A stretch of 64,000 nt of DNA, from NCBI GenBank assembly GCA_963826785.1, contig CAWGYD010000006.1, forward strand, positions 800,001-864,000, written 5' to 3'. This document shows positions 52,501-64,000 of this stretch, piece after piece (within the stretch, counting starts at the first letter, position 1; each line of letters starts with the position of its first letter). The translations under genes were made by a program, and so were the position numbers. The notes beneath the pieces are model-generated. The model worked only from the letters and a program-made list of their open reading frames with translations, ran no database searches and was not told the DNA's origin. The stretch comes from an uncultured delta proteobacterium. Lineage in GTDB: Bacteria > Desulfobacterota > Desulfobacteria > Desulfobacterales > Desulfosalsimonadaceae.

Positions 52501-52537
52501 ACTTGAAAATTCGGAATGTCAATCCGAATTTTCAAGT
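52501..52537. repeat. Perfect 15-bp inverted repeat upstream of the DUF4143 ATPase
   Basis: ACTTGAAAATTCGGA-atgtcaa-TCCGAATTTTCAAGT. Confidence 0.9.
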
Positions 52538-52800
52538 AACCATTATTTTCTGATCAAGTTTCGCCCGGACTCCTTTATATTCGGCGCCTTCTGTAATTCG
52601 TTCGACGATGACCGATTCGTGGTTGAACCTCACGCCGTCATCCAAGTCGATACTGGCTATTGCAACAACCGCGTTTCGGATCTCATTTAGCTCATTGGGA
52701 GTTGAAGAACCAAGAAAGTCGATATCCTTAGTAGGACGCAGCAACGACATTTCATGAACAAGGAAGAGAAGTGCCCCCTTGAGGATCAGATTTCGCCGAT
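52532..52800 (-). pseudogene. Fragment of AbiEii-family nucleotidyltransferase toxin
   Basis: ILKGALL...RPTKDIDFLG...DDGVRF...I.E..EY.GVR. Truncated at both ends, no abiEi partner seen. Confidence 0.8.
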
Positions 52801-53079
52801 AGGCCCATGGCCAGATCTTCACCAAGTTTTCGGCGGTAACGGAACATATCGCAGATTGTTTTTTCCTTCCCTTAAACCCTTATCTCTCCAGCCGGTCTCC
52901 GAACAAATTCAAGCAGCAATTATAATCGTTTTCAGCAAATGTTAAAAACATGCAATTTAATGAAAACAGGTGCAGAGTATTAAAAAAGTCCCTTGATTTA
53001 TTTTTTAAATTCAGATCAGACATATTGTAACCACTTGTTGACAAACGAAAACTTTTTGTCTGAATCAAATGATATCTGT

Positions 53080-56009
53080 ATGGATTATCAGAAATTACTC
53101 GAAAAATATAACGCCCTCCTGGAGCAGTTAGACCGCTTAACAAAAGAAAATATCCGGTTAAAAGCCCAACTGGGGCTGCCGGCATCTGAGGCTATCCCAA
53201 CGACTGCCTCAGTAAAAGGCACCGAAAGAAAAGTAACTGACGATGAATCGGCTCAAAAGAACTTCTTTTCAGGTTTGGATTGCACATCGGATTCTCTTTC
53301 CAAAATTCATCTGTTCATGTGGCTTTTCAACGGCCGTGAAGATGTTTACGCGAAACAATGGGAAAACAAAAGTAAAGAGAAATCGGGTTATGCACCGGTC
53401 TGTCTGAATGAATGGCAGCCAGGGATATGCGAGAAACCAAAAATTTCCTGCTTAAAATGCAATCACAAAGCATATGCAGGATTGAATGAAAAAGTTGTTG
53501 AGCATCATTTGAGAGGCAATATCGTTATCGGCATTTATCCCATGCTGCCGGATGAAACGTGCCGTTTTCTGGCTATGGATTTTGACAAGGATGATTGGGA
53601 AAAGGATATCACGGCCGTGCGGGAGGTGTGCAATGAGTTCATGATCCCCATAGCCGTTGAGCGATCACGTTCCGGTAAGGGCTGCCATGCCTGGTTGTTC
53701 TTTGAGCATCCCATTTCCGCCGTCCTGGCGCGTAAATTCGCTACGGCCATTTTAACCTCTGCTATGAGCAGACGGCATGAAATCAAATTCAAATCCTATG
53801 ATCGGCTGTTTCCCAGCCAGGATACCATGCCCAAGGGCGGTTTGGGGAATCTGATCGCACTGCCATTGCAAAAAGAAGCAAGGGAAAATGCCAACAGCGA
53901 ATTCATCGATGATGATTTTCAATCGTATCCGGACCAGTGGGCGTTTCTTTCCGGAATTCAAAAGATATCGGAAAGCCGCATTAAACATCTTATTCCCGCC
54001 ATTTCCCCCGGGAATGAACTGGGCGATTTGAAGGTCGATGAAGAAGAGGAGAAACCCTGGGAAACGCATAAGCCCCAAGTCATCCTGGATAAAAGCGATT
54101 TTCCCGATAACGTTATGATCGTCAAGGCGAACATGCTGTTTCTTCCGAAAGCAGGGATCTCTCAGCGGGCGTTGAATCGAATAAAACGTATCGCATCTTT
54201 TAAAAACCCGATGTTTTACCGGCAGCAGGCCATGCGTTTGCCGACACATAACCATCCAAGGGTCATTTCCTGTGCGGATGAAACACGAGATTATCTGTGT
54301 TTGCCCAGGGGGTGCGAGGCTGACCTGGTCGATGAACTCCACAAACTCGGAATCGCATTCGAAATGATCGACAGGACCTTTCACGGCAGACCCATAAATG
54401 TAAAGTTCAAAGGTCATCTCCGGGACGAACAAACCCTGGCCCTCGGCCACCTGCTCCGGCATAACACCGGCATACTTTCAGGTACGACGGCTTTCGGCAA
54501 AACCATTGTAGCGATCAAATTGATAGCAGAAATGAAAATAAACACGCTGGTCCTGGTGGACAAAGTCAGCCTGCTGTCGCAATGGAAGGAAAAATTGTCG
54601 GAATTTCTAGAAGTTAACGAAAGCGTACCGGCGGAACCGATCATCGCCGCCGGGAAAAGGGGTCGCAAAAAGATCAAACATGTTATCGGGCAAATCGGTG
54701 CAGGCAAGGATACCTCAAGCGGCATCATCGATATTGCGGTAATGCAATCGTTAAGCAGGCAAAGACGAGGTCAGGGATTGCGTCAAAAATTACGGCCTGA
54801 TTATTGCCGATGAGTGTCACCATGCGTCGGCCTTCACCTATGAACAGATTCTGAAAACCACCCCGGCGAAATATGTTTATGGCCTTACCGCCACCCCGGC
54901 ACGAAAGGATGGACATCACCCGATTCTGTTCATGCAATGCGGCCCCATCCGATATCGGGACAATCCCAGAAAACAAGCGGAAAACAGGCCCTTTGACCAC
55001 TATATCATCCCCCGATTCACTTCCTTGAGAATACCCTTGGACATTGACCCCAAAGACCTGACCATTCAGGCATTATATACCGAGATCATGGAAAATGATT
55101 TCAGGGATCAGCAGATCATCGAAGATGTATTGAAAAACCATCATCAGGGCAGAAATTGTCTTGTGCTGACCCTCAGAACAGCCCATGTCGAGAATCTCGC
55201 AGGGAAGTTGAAAGAACACATTCCGGATGTGATAAGCCTGACAGGCAAAATGGGCAGAAAATCAACGCAGAAAGCCTTTGAACGTATAAACGATATTCCC
55301 GCCGACAACCCTGTTGTTCTGGTGGCAACCGGCCATTTTATCGGAGAAGGTTTTGACGAGCCCCGTCTCGATACGCTGTTTTTGGCCATGCCCATATCGT
55401 GGAAGGGAACGCTGCAGCAATATGCAGGCAGGCTCCACCGGCTGTTTGAAACGAAAAAAGAGGTGAGAATTTATGACTATGTGGATATCCAGATAAAGAT
55501 GCTGGAAAAAATGTATCAGAAGCGGCTGAACGGGTACGCTTCGATGGGATATAAAGCCAAAGGTGAAGTGTCAGCGGACGCGCCTTTGGATATCATCTTC
55601 GATAAGGATAATTTTCTGCCAGTTTTCAACCAGGACATTGTTGCGCTCGACAAAGGAGATCATCATCGTAAGCCCGTTTGTAAGGAAAAGACGCACGCAG
55701 CAAATGGTGCAGAATCTGAACGTCGCAGCCGGTAAACATATCCATGTCACCGTCGTAACGCGTCCGAAAAAGGATTTCCCGGAGAAGGATCACCCTGCTA
55801 TGCAAAAAGCCCTGGATCTTTTAATCGGCAATGGCCTTAACGTTGTATTCAAATCAGATATCCACCAGAAGTTTGCCATTATGGATCAAAAGGTGGTGTG
55901 GTACGGCAGTATCAATCTGTTGAGTTATGGCAGTGCCCAGGAAAGCATCATGCGCATTGAAAGCGCCAATATTGCTAATGAATTAATGAAAACCATAGAA
56001 AGTGAATAA
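53080..56009 (+). CDS. TOTE-type archaeo-eukaryotic primase + SF2 helicase + PLD-like nuclease fusion (indels near 54760 and 55644)
   Basis: FNGREDVYA, Cys cluster, GIYPML..TCRFLAMDFD, ERSRSGKGCHAW, YDRLFPSQD..PKGGLGNLIALPLQ. Helicase TTAFGKT, DECHH, GEGFD, QYAGRLHR. PLD-like HQKFAIMD...YGSINL. Confidence 0.85.
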
Positions 56010-56153
56010 CCAGAAAAGGATCGCAGAGGGATGAACTGGCAGGTTTTTTTAAGGTGGACGTAAAAGCAGGATAACTGAATCCAAATCCGGCCGCTTAAAC
56101 AAGATGGTGATTACGGGCAGTTATTCGGCCCTGGTAAGCGCCATCCAAAAAAA

Positions 56154-56191
56154 CAAAACCGGGGCTCCTGCAAAAGGAGTACCCGGTTTTG
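56154..56191. terminator. Hairpin terminator between the convergent TOTE gene and tRNA-Asn
   Basis: caaaaccgggg-ctcct-gcaaa-aggag-t-acccggttttg, flanked by A/T runs. Confidence 0.7.
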
Positions 56192-56199
56192 GGTTTGTT

Positions 56200-56275
56200 T
56201 GGCTCCCCAGCGCGGACTCGAACCACGGACACGGTGGTTAACAGCCACCTGCTCTGCCGACTGAGCTACTGGGGA
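56200..56275 (-). tRNA. tRNA-Asn(GTT)
   Basis: Reverse complement TCCCCAGTAGCTCAGTCGGCAGAGCAGGTGGCT-GTT-AACCACCGTGTCCGTGGTTCGAGTCCGCGCTGGGGAGCCA: 76 nt, cloverleaf, encoded CCA. Confidence 0.98.
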
Positions 56276-56620
56276 TCAAGGCCTCATTTATTAGAGGCAA
56301 ATGCAGCGATTGTCAAGGGGAAAATATATGGATTACTCTAGTGCAGCGCCGGTTTTTTTGTCAATGGCGCGGCCGGATGCATCATTTCTTTTTACAGTCC
56401 TGCAGACCGGTGAATACCGGATTTACCGTATATCCATTTTGGATGAACCCGCGTATTTTCATTCAAAGCACTTCGATTGAAGTCAGATAATCCGGGCCTT
56501 GAGGATAAGAAGCCGGATGTCATGCGCTGATACTTTTCAGGCATCAGGGGCGGTTTTTCAACTTCTGTGCCCGGGCCTTGCCGTTTTCAGAAAGATCAAT
56601 ATTCCATCAAGGAGATCAAC

Positions 56621-57577
56621 ATGTTCAGGCACATACTGATGCCGCTGGACGGTTCCCGGCTGGCGGAAGTTGCGGTATCCTGCACCCTGGTGTTCGCAAA
56701 GGCTTTCGGCGCTCGGGTCACGCTGCTTCGGGTCATGGAGAACACCGTCACCGACGACTGCCTGTCGCCGATTGATCCGCTGGAGTGGGACATGTGCAAA
56801 AAGGCGGCCCGTTCCTACATGGAGGGGCTGGTATCCCGGTTTGAAAAAGAGGGGATCACGGCTGAATATGTCCTCATGGAGGGGAAGCCGGCCCAGCGGA
56901 TACTGGAATTTATCAATGAAACAGACAATGACCTGATCATCGTCAGCAGCCATGGCCGCAGCGGGCTTTCCGGATGGAACGCCGGCAGCGTGCTGCAAAA
57001 AGTCATTGCCCGGGCGCGCATCTCTTTCATGATCATCCGGGCCTATCGGGAAGGGATCGATCCCGACCTTTCCATCGAGTTCAAAAAAATCTTCATTCCC
57101 CTGGACGGATCCCGCCGATCGGAATACGTCCTTCCCCCCGCTACCACGCTGGCCAGTTTCCTGGATGCACGGCTTATTTTGGCGCACGTGGTCCCCCGGC
57201 CGGAAATGCCCCGCTTCGCCCCGCCCAATCCCGAAGATCTGGAATTGGCCGATCGGATCGTGGAACACAACCATGAAGAGATGCGAAAGCATTTCGAGGT
57301 TTTAAAATCCAGGTTGCCGGTAGAGGTTCAAACGCGGCTGATAACGGCCGAGGATACCGCCCCGCGGCTGCACGAACTGATCAATGAGGAAAATGCCGAT
57401 CTGGTCATCATGAGCGCCCATGGCTATTCCGGAAGGACCCATTGGGGATACGGCGGTATCACCGCCACTTTTATCGAATATGGCACCACTCCGCTGCTGA
57501 TCATGCAGGATGTCCCCCCGGACCAGATCGAACCGTCTGCTGCGGAAAAAGCAGCCGCCCAGAAAAAAGGACATTAG
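56621..57577 (+). CDS. Tandem universal stress protein
   Basis: Two USP domains: HILMPLDGS...SSHGRSG...GSV and KIFIPLDGS...MSAHGYSG. RBS aaggag. Confidence 0.92.
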   Translation: MFRHILMPLDGSRLAEVAVSCTLVFAKAFGARVTLLRVMENTVTDDCLSPIDPLEWDMCKKAARSYMEGLVSRFEKEGITAEYVLMEGKPAQRILEFINETDNDLIIVSSHGRSGLSGWNAGSVLQKVIARARISFMIIRAYREGIDPDLSIEFKKIFIPLDGSRRSEYVLPPATTLASFLDARLILAHVVPRPEMPRFAPPNPEDLELADRIVEHNHEEMRKHFEVLKSRLPVEVQTRLITAEDTAPRLHELINEENADLVIMSAHGYSGRTHWGYGGITATFIEYGTTPLLIMQDVPPDQIEPSAAEKAAAQKKGH

Positions 57578-57580
57578 CCG

Positions 57581-60500
57581 ATGCCCACCAAGACAGGCGG
57601 ACGCGAAAATGGTGCAAAATTGCGATCGGCGCCCGCAAACACAGATCCGGCAGGCAGCGGAAAAGCAGGGCCCACGCGTCCGGACCGGTCCCGGAAAACG
57701 GTGCGGACACCCGGCCGGCCGGAGTGGCTGGCCTCCCGGATCGATGCGCAAAAATCTGTACTCAAGGATGCCTACAAAGGGTTTTCCCGGGAATCGGATC
57801 AGGAGTTTACCCGTTCCTATGCATCCGAATGGCTCCTGGACAATTTTCATGTGGTGGAGCAGGCCTGGCGTCAGATCGAGCACGACATGCCCAGTGCGTT
57901 TTACCGTCAGCTGCCGAAGCTTGCCCAGACCGATCTCAAGGGAAAACCCCGGGTGTACGCGGTGGCACTGGATATCATCCGTGCCTGCAATGGCGAACTC
58001 AAGGAAGACCAGATCACCGATTACGTAAATGCCAGCCAGCAGGAAGAGATACTGGAGATCGGGGAGATCTGGGCCTTGCCGGTCATGCTCCGCTTCGGGG
58101 TGCTGGAATGCCTGACGGCGGCGATCGGCCGGATCACCGGGATGACCGCAAAACCGCAGCCGGCTGAAGCGGCCGAATGCATCGACACAGATGATGAAAC
58201 CCTGGTGGCCAATTCCATTGTGAGCCTGAGGATGATTGCCACCCGGGACTGGAAAGAATTTTTTGAACGCACCAGCCGCGTGGAGCAGATACTGACCGCC
58301 GATCCATCCGGAGCCTATGCCCGGATGGATTTTGCATCCCGGGACACCTACCGGAAACAAATCGAGAAGCTGGCGCTGGGTTCCATGCTCAGCGAAACCC
58401 AGATCGCAAAAGAAGCTATCCGGCTCGCCCGGGCTCAGTCAGAGGGCCATGGGAAAGCCGACCGCCGGGAAGCCCATGTGGGATTTTACCTCATCGATGC
58501 CGGCCGCAGCCGCCTGGAAGACGCAGTCGGATTTAAAGCCTCCCTGTTTGATCGCTTTTTGCGCCTGGTGCGCCATGGGGCCACGGGGGCATACCTCGGG
58601 GCCATCGGATTTGTTTGCCTGCTGATCCTGGCCGGCCTGGTGGGGTTTGGCTACCGGCAGGGGGGATCATTGCCACAGCTTTTCGCTGTTTTTGTACTGT
58701 CGCTGATTCCCGCCATTACCGCGGCCACCGCCCTGGTGAACTGGGCGGTTACCCGCCTGCTCCCTCCGGCCTTGCTGCCCAAGCTCGATTTCAGTCAATC
58801 CATACCCGACGAATGGCGGACCATCATCGTAATTCCCGCCATATTCTCGGATAACGAAGAAGTCGAATCCCTGCTGCGTCAGCTGGAGATACATTACCTG
58901 GGCAATCCCGATCCCAGGCTGTCTTTTGCGCTGCTGTCGGATTTACCGGACGCACCCGAAAAAGAGATGCCGGAGGACCGTGAACGGATCTCCTTTGCCA
59001 TTGCCGGCCTCCAGCAGCTCAATGAGCGGTATCGCCGGACCGGCGATCAAGCGGATTTGCCCCATGCCCCCTTTTACCTGTTTCACCGGGAACGGCTGTG
59101 GAATCCCAGAGAAGGGAAATGGATGGGCTGGGAGCGAAAGCGCGGCAAACTGGAAGAATTCAACCGGTGGCTGCTCAAGGAGGGGGAGACCTCGTATGCG
59201 GTCCAGGTGGGCGAACTCGAGCGCCTCGAGGGCGTCCGTTTCGTGATCACCCTGGATGCCGACACCATGATTCCCCGGGAAACCGCCCACCGGCTGGTGG
59301 GAACACTGGCCCATCCGCTGAACCGGCCGAAATTCGATCCGAAAACCGGGGAAGTGGTCTCGGGGTACACCGTGCTTCAGCCGCGGACGGAAACCCGGCC
59401 GGCCAGCGCCAACCGATCGGCCTTCACCCGGATTTTCACCGGGAGCAGCGGGCTGGACCTGTATGCCATGGCAATATCCGATGTGTATCAGGACCTTTTC
59501 GGGGAGGGCATCTACACCGGCAAGGGCATATACGATGTGAGCGCATTCGAATGCGGCATGTACGGCCGGGTGCCGGACAATGCCCTGCTGAGCCATGACC
59601 TGTTCGAGGGGCTTCATGTGCGGGTGGGGCTGGTCACGGATGTGGTCCTGATGGAAGAAAATCCGCCCGACTACCTGGTGTACACCCGCCGTCTGCACCG
59701 GTGGGTCCGGGGGGACTGGCAGCTGCTGCCCTGGCTGTCCAGGCGGCCTTATCCCGATGAGATCACCCGTCAGCACCGGCTTTCCGTCATCAGCCGGTGG
59801 AAAATCCTGGACAACCTGATCCGCAGCCTTTTTCAGCCGTCGCTCCTGCTGCTGTTCATCGGACTCTGGATCGTTTTTCCGGGATCCGAACTGGCCTGGA
59901 CCGTTTTTGCCCTGCTGCTTTCGGCCGTTCCCCTGGCCATTTCAGTGGTCAATCAAATGCCCCACAAGCCATGGAGGAGAACGATCGTCAAAGGCGGGGC
60001 CCGCCCCACCCGGACATCCGCCATCCGGTGGCTGCTGCTGCTGGTGTTTCTCCCCTATGAGTCGATAATTTCAGTCGATGCCATTATAAGGACGGTTTTC
60101 CGGATCACCGTCTCCCGCAAACACCTTTTGGAGTGGGCCACCTCGGCCAGCACCATCCGCCTGTTTGAAAAAAAGCGGCGGCACCTGTACTACTGGCAGC
60201 AGATGGGCGGGGCATCATTGCTCGGCGCTGGGCCTTGCTTTTCTGGTGGGATCGTTTCAGCTGACCGACCTGGCCGTGGCGCTGCCCCTGCTGGCGGCCT
60301 GGTTCCTGTCGCCCCGGATTGCATTCTATATCAGCCGGCCGACCCGGACGGAGCCCGAAATGCTCAAAGCCGGCCAGCGATACCAGATCCGGCGTCTGGC
60401 CCGGCGGACCTGGTTTTTTTTCGAACAGTTTGCCGGGCCCGACGATTACTGGCTCCCCCCGGATCATTTCCAGGAGTCCCCCCGGGGAACCGTGGCCCAC

Positions 60501-63500
60501 CGGACTTCGCCCACCAACCTGGGCCTTTTGCTCCTGTCCACTTTAGCCGCCCATGACCTGGGGTATATCGGTCTGCCGCTGCTGTCGATCCGCCTTCGGA
60601 ACACCTTCGACACCATGGAAAAACTGGAGCGCTACCGGGGGCATTTTTTAAACTGGATCGACACCCGCAATCTGGCCCCGCTGCCGCCCCGATATGTCTC
60701 CACCGTGGACAGCGGCAACCTGGCCGCTTTTCTGCTGGCGCTCAGGGAAGGGTGCCTGGAAATGGGCGAGACGCCCCTGATGCGGTGGGAGCGCTGGCAG
60801 GGGATCCTGGATACCCTGGACGTGATGGATGAAATCGTCGAAGGTTTTGAAAAATCAGAAGCCGAAGCCATCCGGCCGCTCCAGGAGCAGTGGAAACACA
60901 TACGGTCAAAAGTACTGGCGGTGCGCGAAGAGCCCGGCCGCTGGATGTCCCTGCTGGAATCGCTGGAAAAGGATGACCGCAGGGAACTGGACCGCCGGCT
61001 GGCGGTCCTGGTGGAGGAAAAAGGAAACCTGCTGAATGCGGATGATCTCAACAGCATGCGGCTGTGGACGGAGCGGATCCGCTATCAGCTGCGGTCTGCC
61101 CGCCGGGAGCTGATCCGTCTGGCCCCATGGATCTCCATGCTGGACCGGGCGCCAAAATATTTTAAAACCGCCGGTGCCCCGGTGGCGGATGCCTGGCAGG
61201 CGCTAAAAGGGTCGCTGCCGGTGATGCCGAGGCTCAAAGACGTCAATTTCGCCTGTGATCAGGGGCGCGTCTACCTGGACCGGCTGCGGGCGGCATTGCT
61301 TTCGGCCGCCGCATCCGATGCGCAGCAGCAGGCCCTGGAATGGTGCGACCGGCTGGCGGACTCACTGGTATTCGCCTGCCGGGGGGCGGCCGAACTGACG
61401 GCCGAATTTCAGGCCATCAGCCGCCAGGCGGAAGCCTACGTCATGGAAATGGATTTCAGATTCCTGTTTAATCTCCGGCGGCAGATTTTTCGCATCGGTT
61501 ACAATGTGGATGCGGGGTTGTCGGATCAGAACCATTACGATCTGCTGGCTTCAGAAGCAAGGATTGCCAGCCTGGTGGCCATCGCCAAGGGCGATATTTC
61601 CCAGAAACACTGGATCCATCTCTCCCGGCCGCTGACCCTGGTAGACGGCATGCGGGGCCTGCTTTCCTGGAGCGGCAGCATGTTCGAATACCTCATGCCC
61701 ATGCTGCTGATGCGGGAATGGGATAATTCGTTGCTGGGCCAGAGCGACCAGGCCGCGGTGGAGCGCCAGATCCGGTACGGCCGGCAGAAGGGCGTTCCCT
61801 GGGGAATCTCGGAATCGGCCTACTACCGGTTCGACCGGGACATGAATTACCAGTACCGGGCCTTCGGGGTGCCGGGGCTGGGATACAAGCGCGGTCTGGA
61901 GGAAGATCTGGTCGTGGCGCCCTACGCCTCTCTTCTGGCCCTGCCCGTCAAACCGAAAACGGTGATGGACAACATCGCCCGGCTCATCCGGATGGGCGCC
62001 CTGGGAAACTACGGGATGTATGAGTCCATCGATTTTACGGTGTCGCGGCTGGCCCTGGGAGAGGATCACGCCATCATTCGCTCGTTTTACAGCCATCACC
62101 AGGGAATGATCTTTCTGTCGCTGACCAACTATCTCCTGGAAGATATCATGATCAACCGGTTCCACCGCAATCCCCGGGTGCAGAGTGTGGAACTCCTTCT
62201 GCAGGAGCAACTCTCTCCCCGGGCGCCCATCGAGCAGGTGCCCGAGGAGGAAGCCGCCGCCAAGACCCGGGTCAAGCAAAGGACCGTGTATGAACCCTGG
62301 CCGGTGCCGGTGCACGCGCCGTATCCCCGGGTATGCGTGCTGTCAAACGGATCCTACACCGTTTTTGTCAGCAGTTCGGGCAGCGGATTCAGCCGCTTCG
62401 GAGAGACGGACCTGACCCGGTGGCGATCAGACGCCACGCTGGAGAACTGGGGAACATGGATCTATATCCGGGATGTGGAGAAAAATGTCCTCTGGTCGGC
62501 GGCCTTTCAGCCCACGGCGGCCGCGGTGAAGAATGCGGAAGTCCATTTTTCGGCACACCAGGCCGATTTCCGGTCTCAGTTTCAGGACATCGCCGCGCAT
62601 CTGGAAATAACGGTGTCGCCGGATGACCCGGTGGAAATCCGCCGCCTGACCCTGACCAACCTGGGGACCACCATCCGGCACCTGCAGGTGGCCAGCTACG
62701 CCGAGGTCGTTCTGGCCCCCATGGCCGCCGACCGCCGCCATCCGGGATTCAACCGCATCTTCATCGAGAGTCGATATCACGATGCGGTAAAGGGGCTGCT
62801 GTTCAGGCGCCGGCCCCGGGCCGCCTCGGAAGAGACGGTTTTTTTGTTTCACGGGTTGGTCATCCCCGACGGGCAGAAACCGGAAGTGGCGTATGAATCC
62901 GACCGCGCCCGGTTCCTGGGGCGGCAGCGTTGCGTCCGCCGCCCGCTGGCGCTCTCGGAAGAAAATGGCGGCCTTTCCGGAACGGCGGGGGCGACCCTGG
63001 ACCCGATCATGTCTCTGGGCACGGACATCGCCATAGCGCCCGATCAACCGGTTCAGCTGATATTCGTCACCCTGTCCGCAGAGTCGGAAAAAATGGCCCT
63101 GGAGCTATCCGGCCGCTACCGGGACCGGTCGCTGATCGGCCGTGTATTTGACCGGGCCGCATCCCAGAGCCGACAGGAAATGCAGCAGCTCGAACTCTCC
63201 GGAGCGGAGCTCGACCAGATTCAGCAGCTGTTTTCGGTCATGCTGTACCCCGTGCCGGCCCTGCGGGCCAATCCGTCCATTCTGGGGGCCAACACCCTGG
63301 GGCAGCCGGCCCTGTGGCCCCATGCCATCTCCGGTGACTACCCCATCCTGCTGGCCCGGATCAGCAGCGAAGCGGAATTGCTGCTGGCATACGAACTGCT
63401 GCGGGCCCACACCTATTTCAGAAATCGCCGCATCAAGATCGACCTGGTGATATTGAACATGAAAGAGACCGGGTATGCCCAGGAACTCCAGGGGCAGCTG

Positions 63501-64000
63501 CGGCGCCTGATCGGCCGGACCGGCGGCGACGGGTGGATGAACCAGCGGGGGGGCATTTTCCTGCTCCGGGCCGACCAGATGGAAGAAGCAGAAGGGGTGC
63601 TGCTGGGCACCGCGGCCCGGGCGGTGCTGGACGGGGAAAACGGGGGGCTTTCCGCGCAGCTCTCCCGGATCCTGGGGCCGCCGCCCATGCTTCCGGATTT
63701 TGCCGCCTCCCTGTCGCCGGCAGAGACAGATGAGCACACGGGAAAGCTTTCGCGGCCCGATGACCTCATGTTCGACAACGGCCTGGGCGGGTTCAGCCCG
63801 GACGGGACGTGAATATATCATTTACCTGGAACCGGGCAGGGCCACGCCGGCGCCCTGGATCAACGTGATCGCCAATCCCGGCTTCGGGTTTATCGTGTCG
63901 GAATCCGGCAGCGGCAACACCTGGGCGGAAAACAGCGGGGAAAACCGGCTTACCCCGTGGCAGAATGATCCCGTGTCCGATCCGCCGGGAGAGGCGATCT
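57581..64000 (+). CDS. ndvB: Cyclic beta-1,2-glucan synthase (Cgs/NdvB/ChvB; GT84 + GH94), partial at window end, indels near 60223 and 63806
   Basis: EWLLDNF, WMGWERKRGKL, VITLDADT, LLSHDLFEG, HRWVRGDWQL, RTSPTNLG, YDLLASEAR, SWSGSMFEY, WGISESAY, then GH94-type PAPWINVIAN...NRLTPW.NDPVSD. Confidence 0.93.

Overview
A 64-kb, GC-rich bacterial chromosome segment. Gene content (rubrerythrin, tungsten-type aldehyde:ferredoxin oxidoreductase, split glutamate synthase, GAF-ANTAR protein) suggests an anaerobic Desulfobacterota-like organism; this taxonomy is inference. The left two-thirds is mostly housekeeping and nitrogen metabolism: a three-gene glutamate synthase followed by carA-carB-purF, a second stand-alone FMN glutamate-synthase-family gene, metF, panB, thiD and hisS-aspS. 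Next come a GS-like/Fe-ADH/GATase/AOR cluster, a QuiP-like acylase and a TetR-RND efflux operon. An AT-richer accessory island (HUH transposase, AAA_14/DUF4143 ATPase, abiEii remnant, TOTE-type primase-helicase-PLD fusion) lies beside tRNA-Asn. The window ends in usp plus cyclic beta-1,2-glucan synthase, which runs off the right edge. About 16 single-base indels break otherwise intact genes and look like long-read consensus errors. The best leads are four. (1) A textbook dual-hexaloop ANTAR antiterminator in the leader of the orphan glutamate synthase, near a GAF-ANTAR gene that is tightly coupled to an atypical class III nucleotide-cyclase-like gene. (2) A probable anaerobic gamma-glutamylation amine-catabolic pathway in which an AOR takes the place of the NAD-dependent aldehyde dehydrogenase. 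(3) An HUH transposase bounded by terminal inverted repeats. (4) A DUF4143 ATPase cassette headed by a perfect 15-bp inverted repeat, located where the abiEii remnant breaks off. All product calls come from motif reading; no database search was run.
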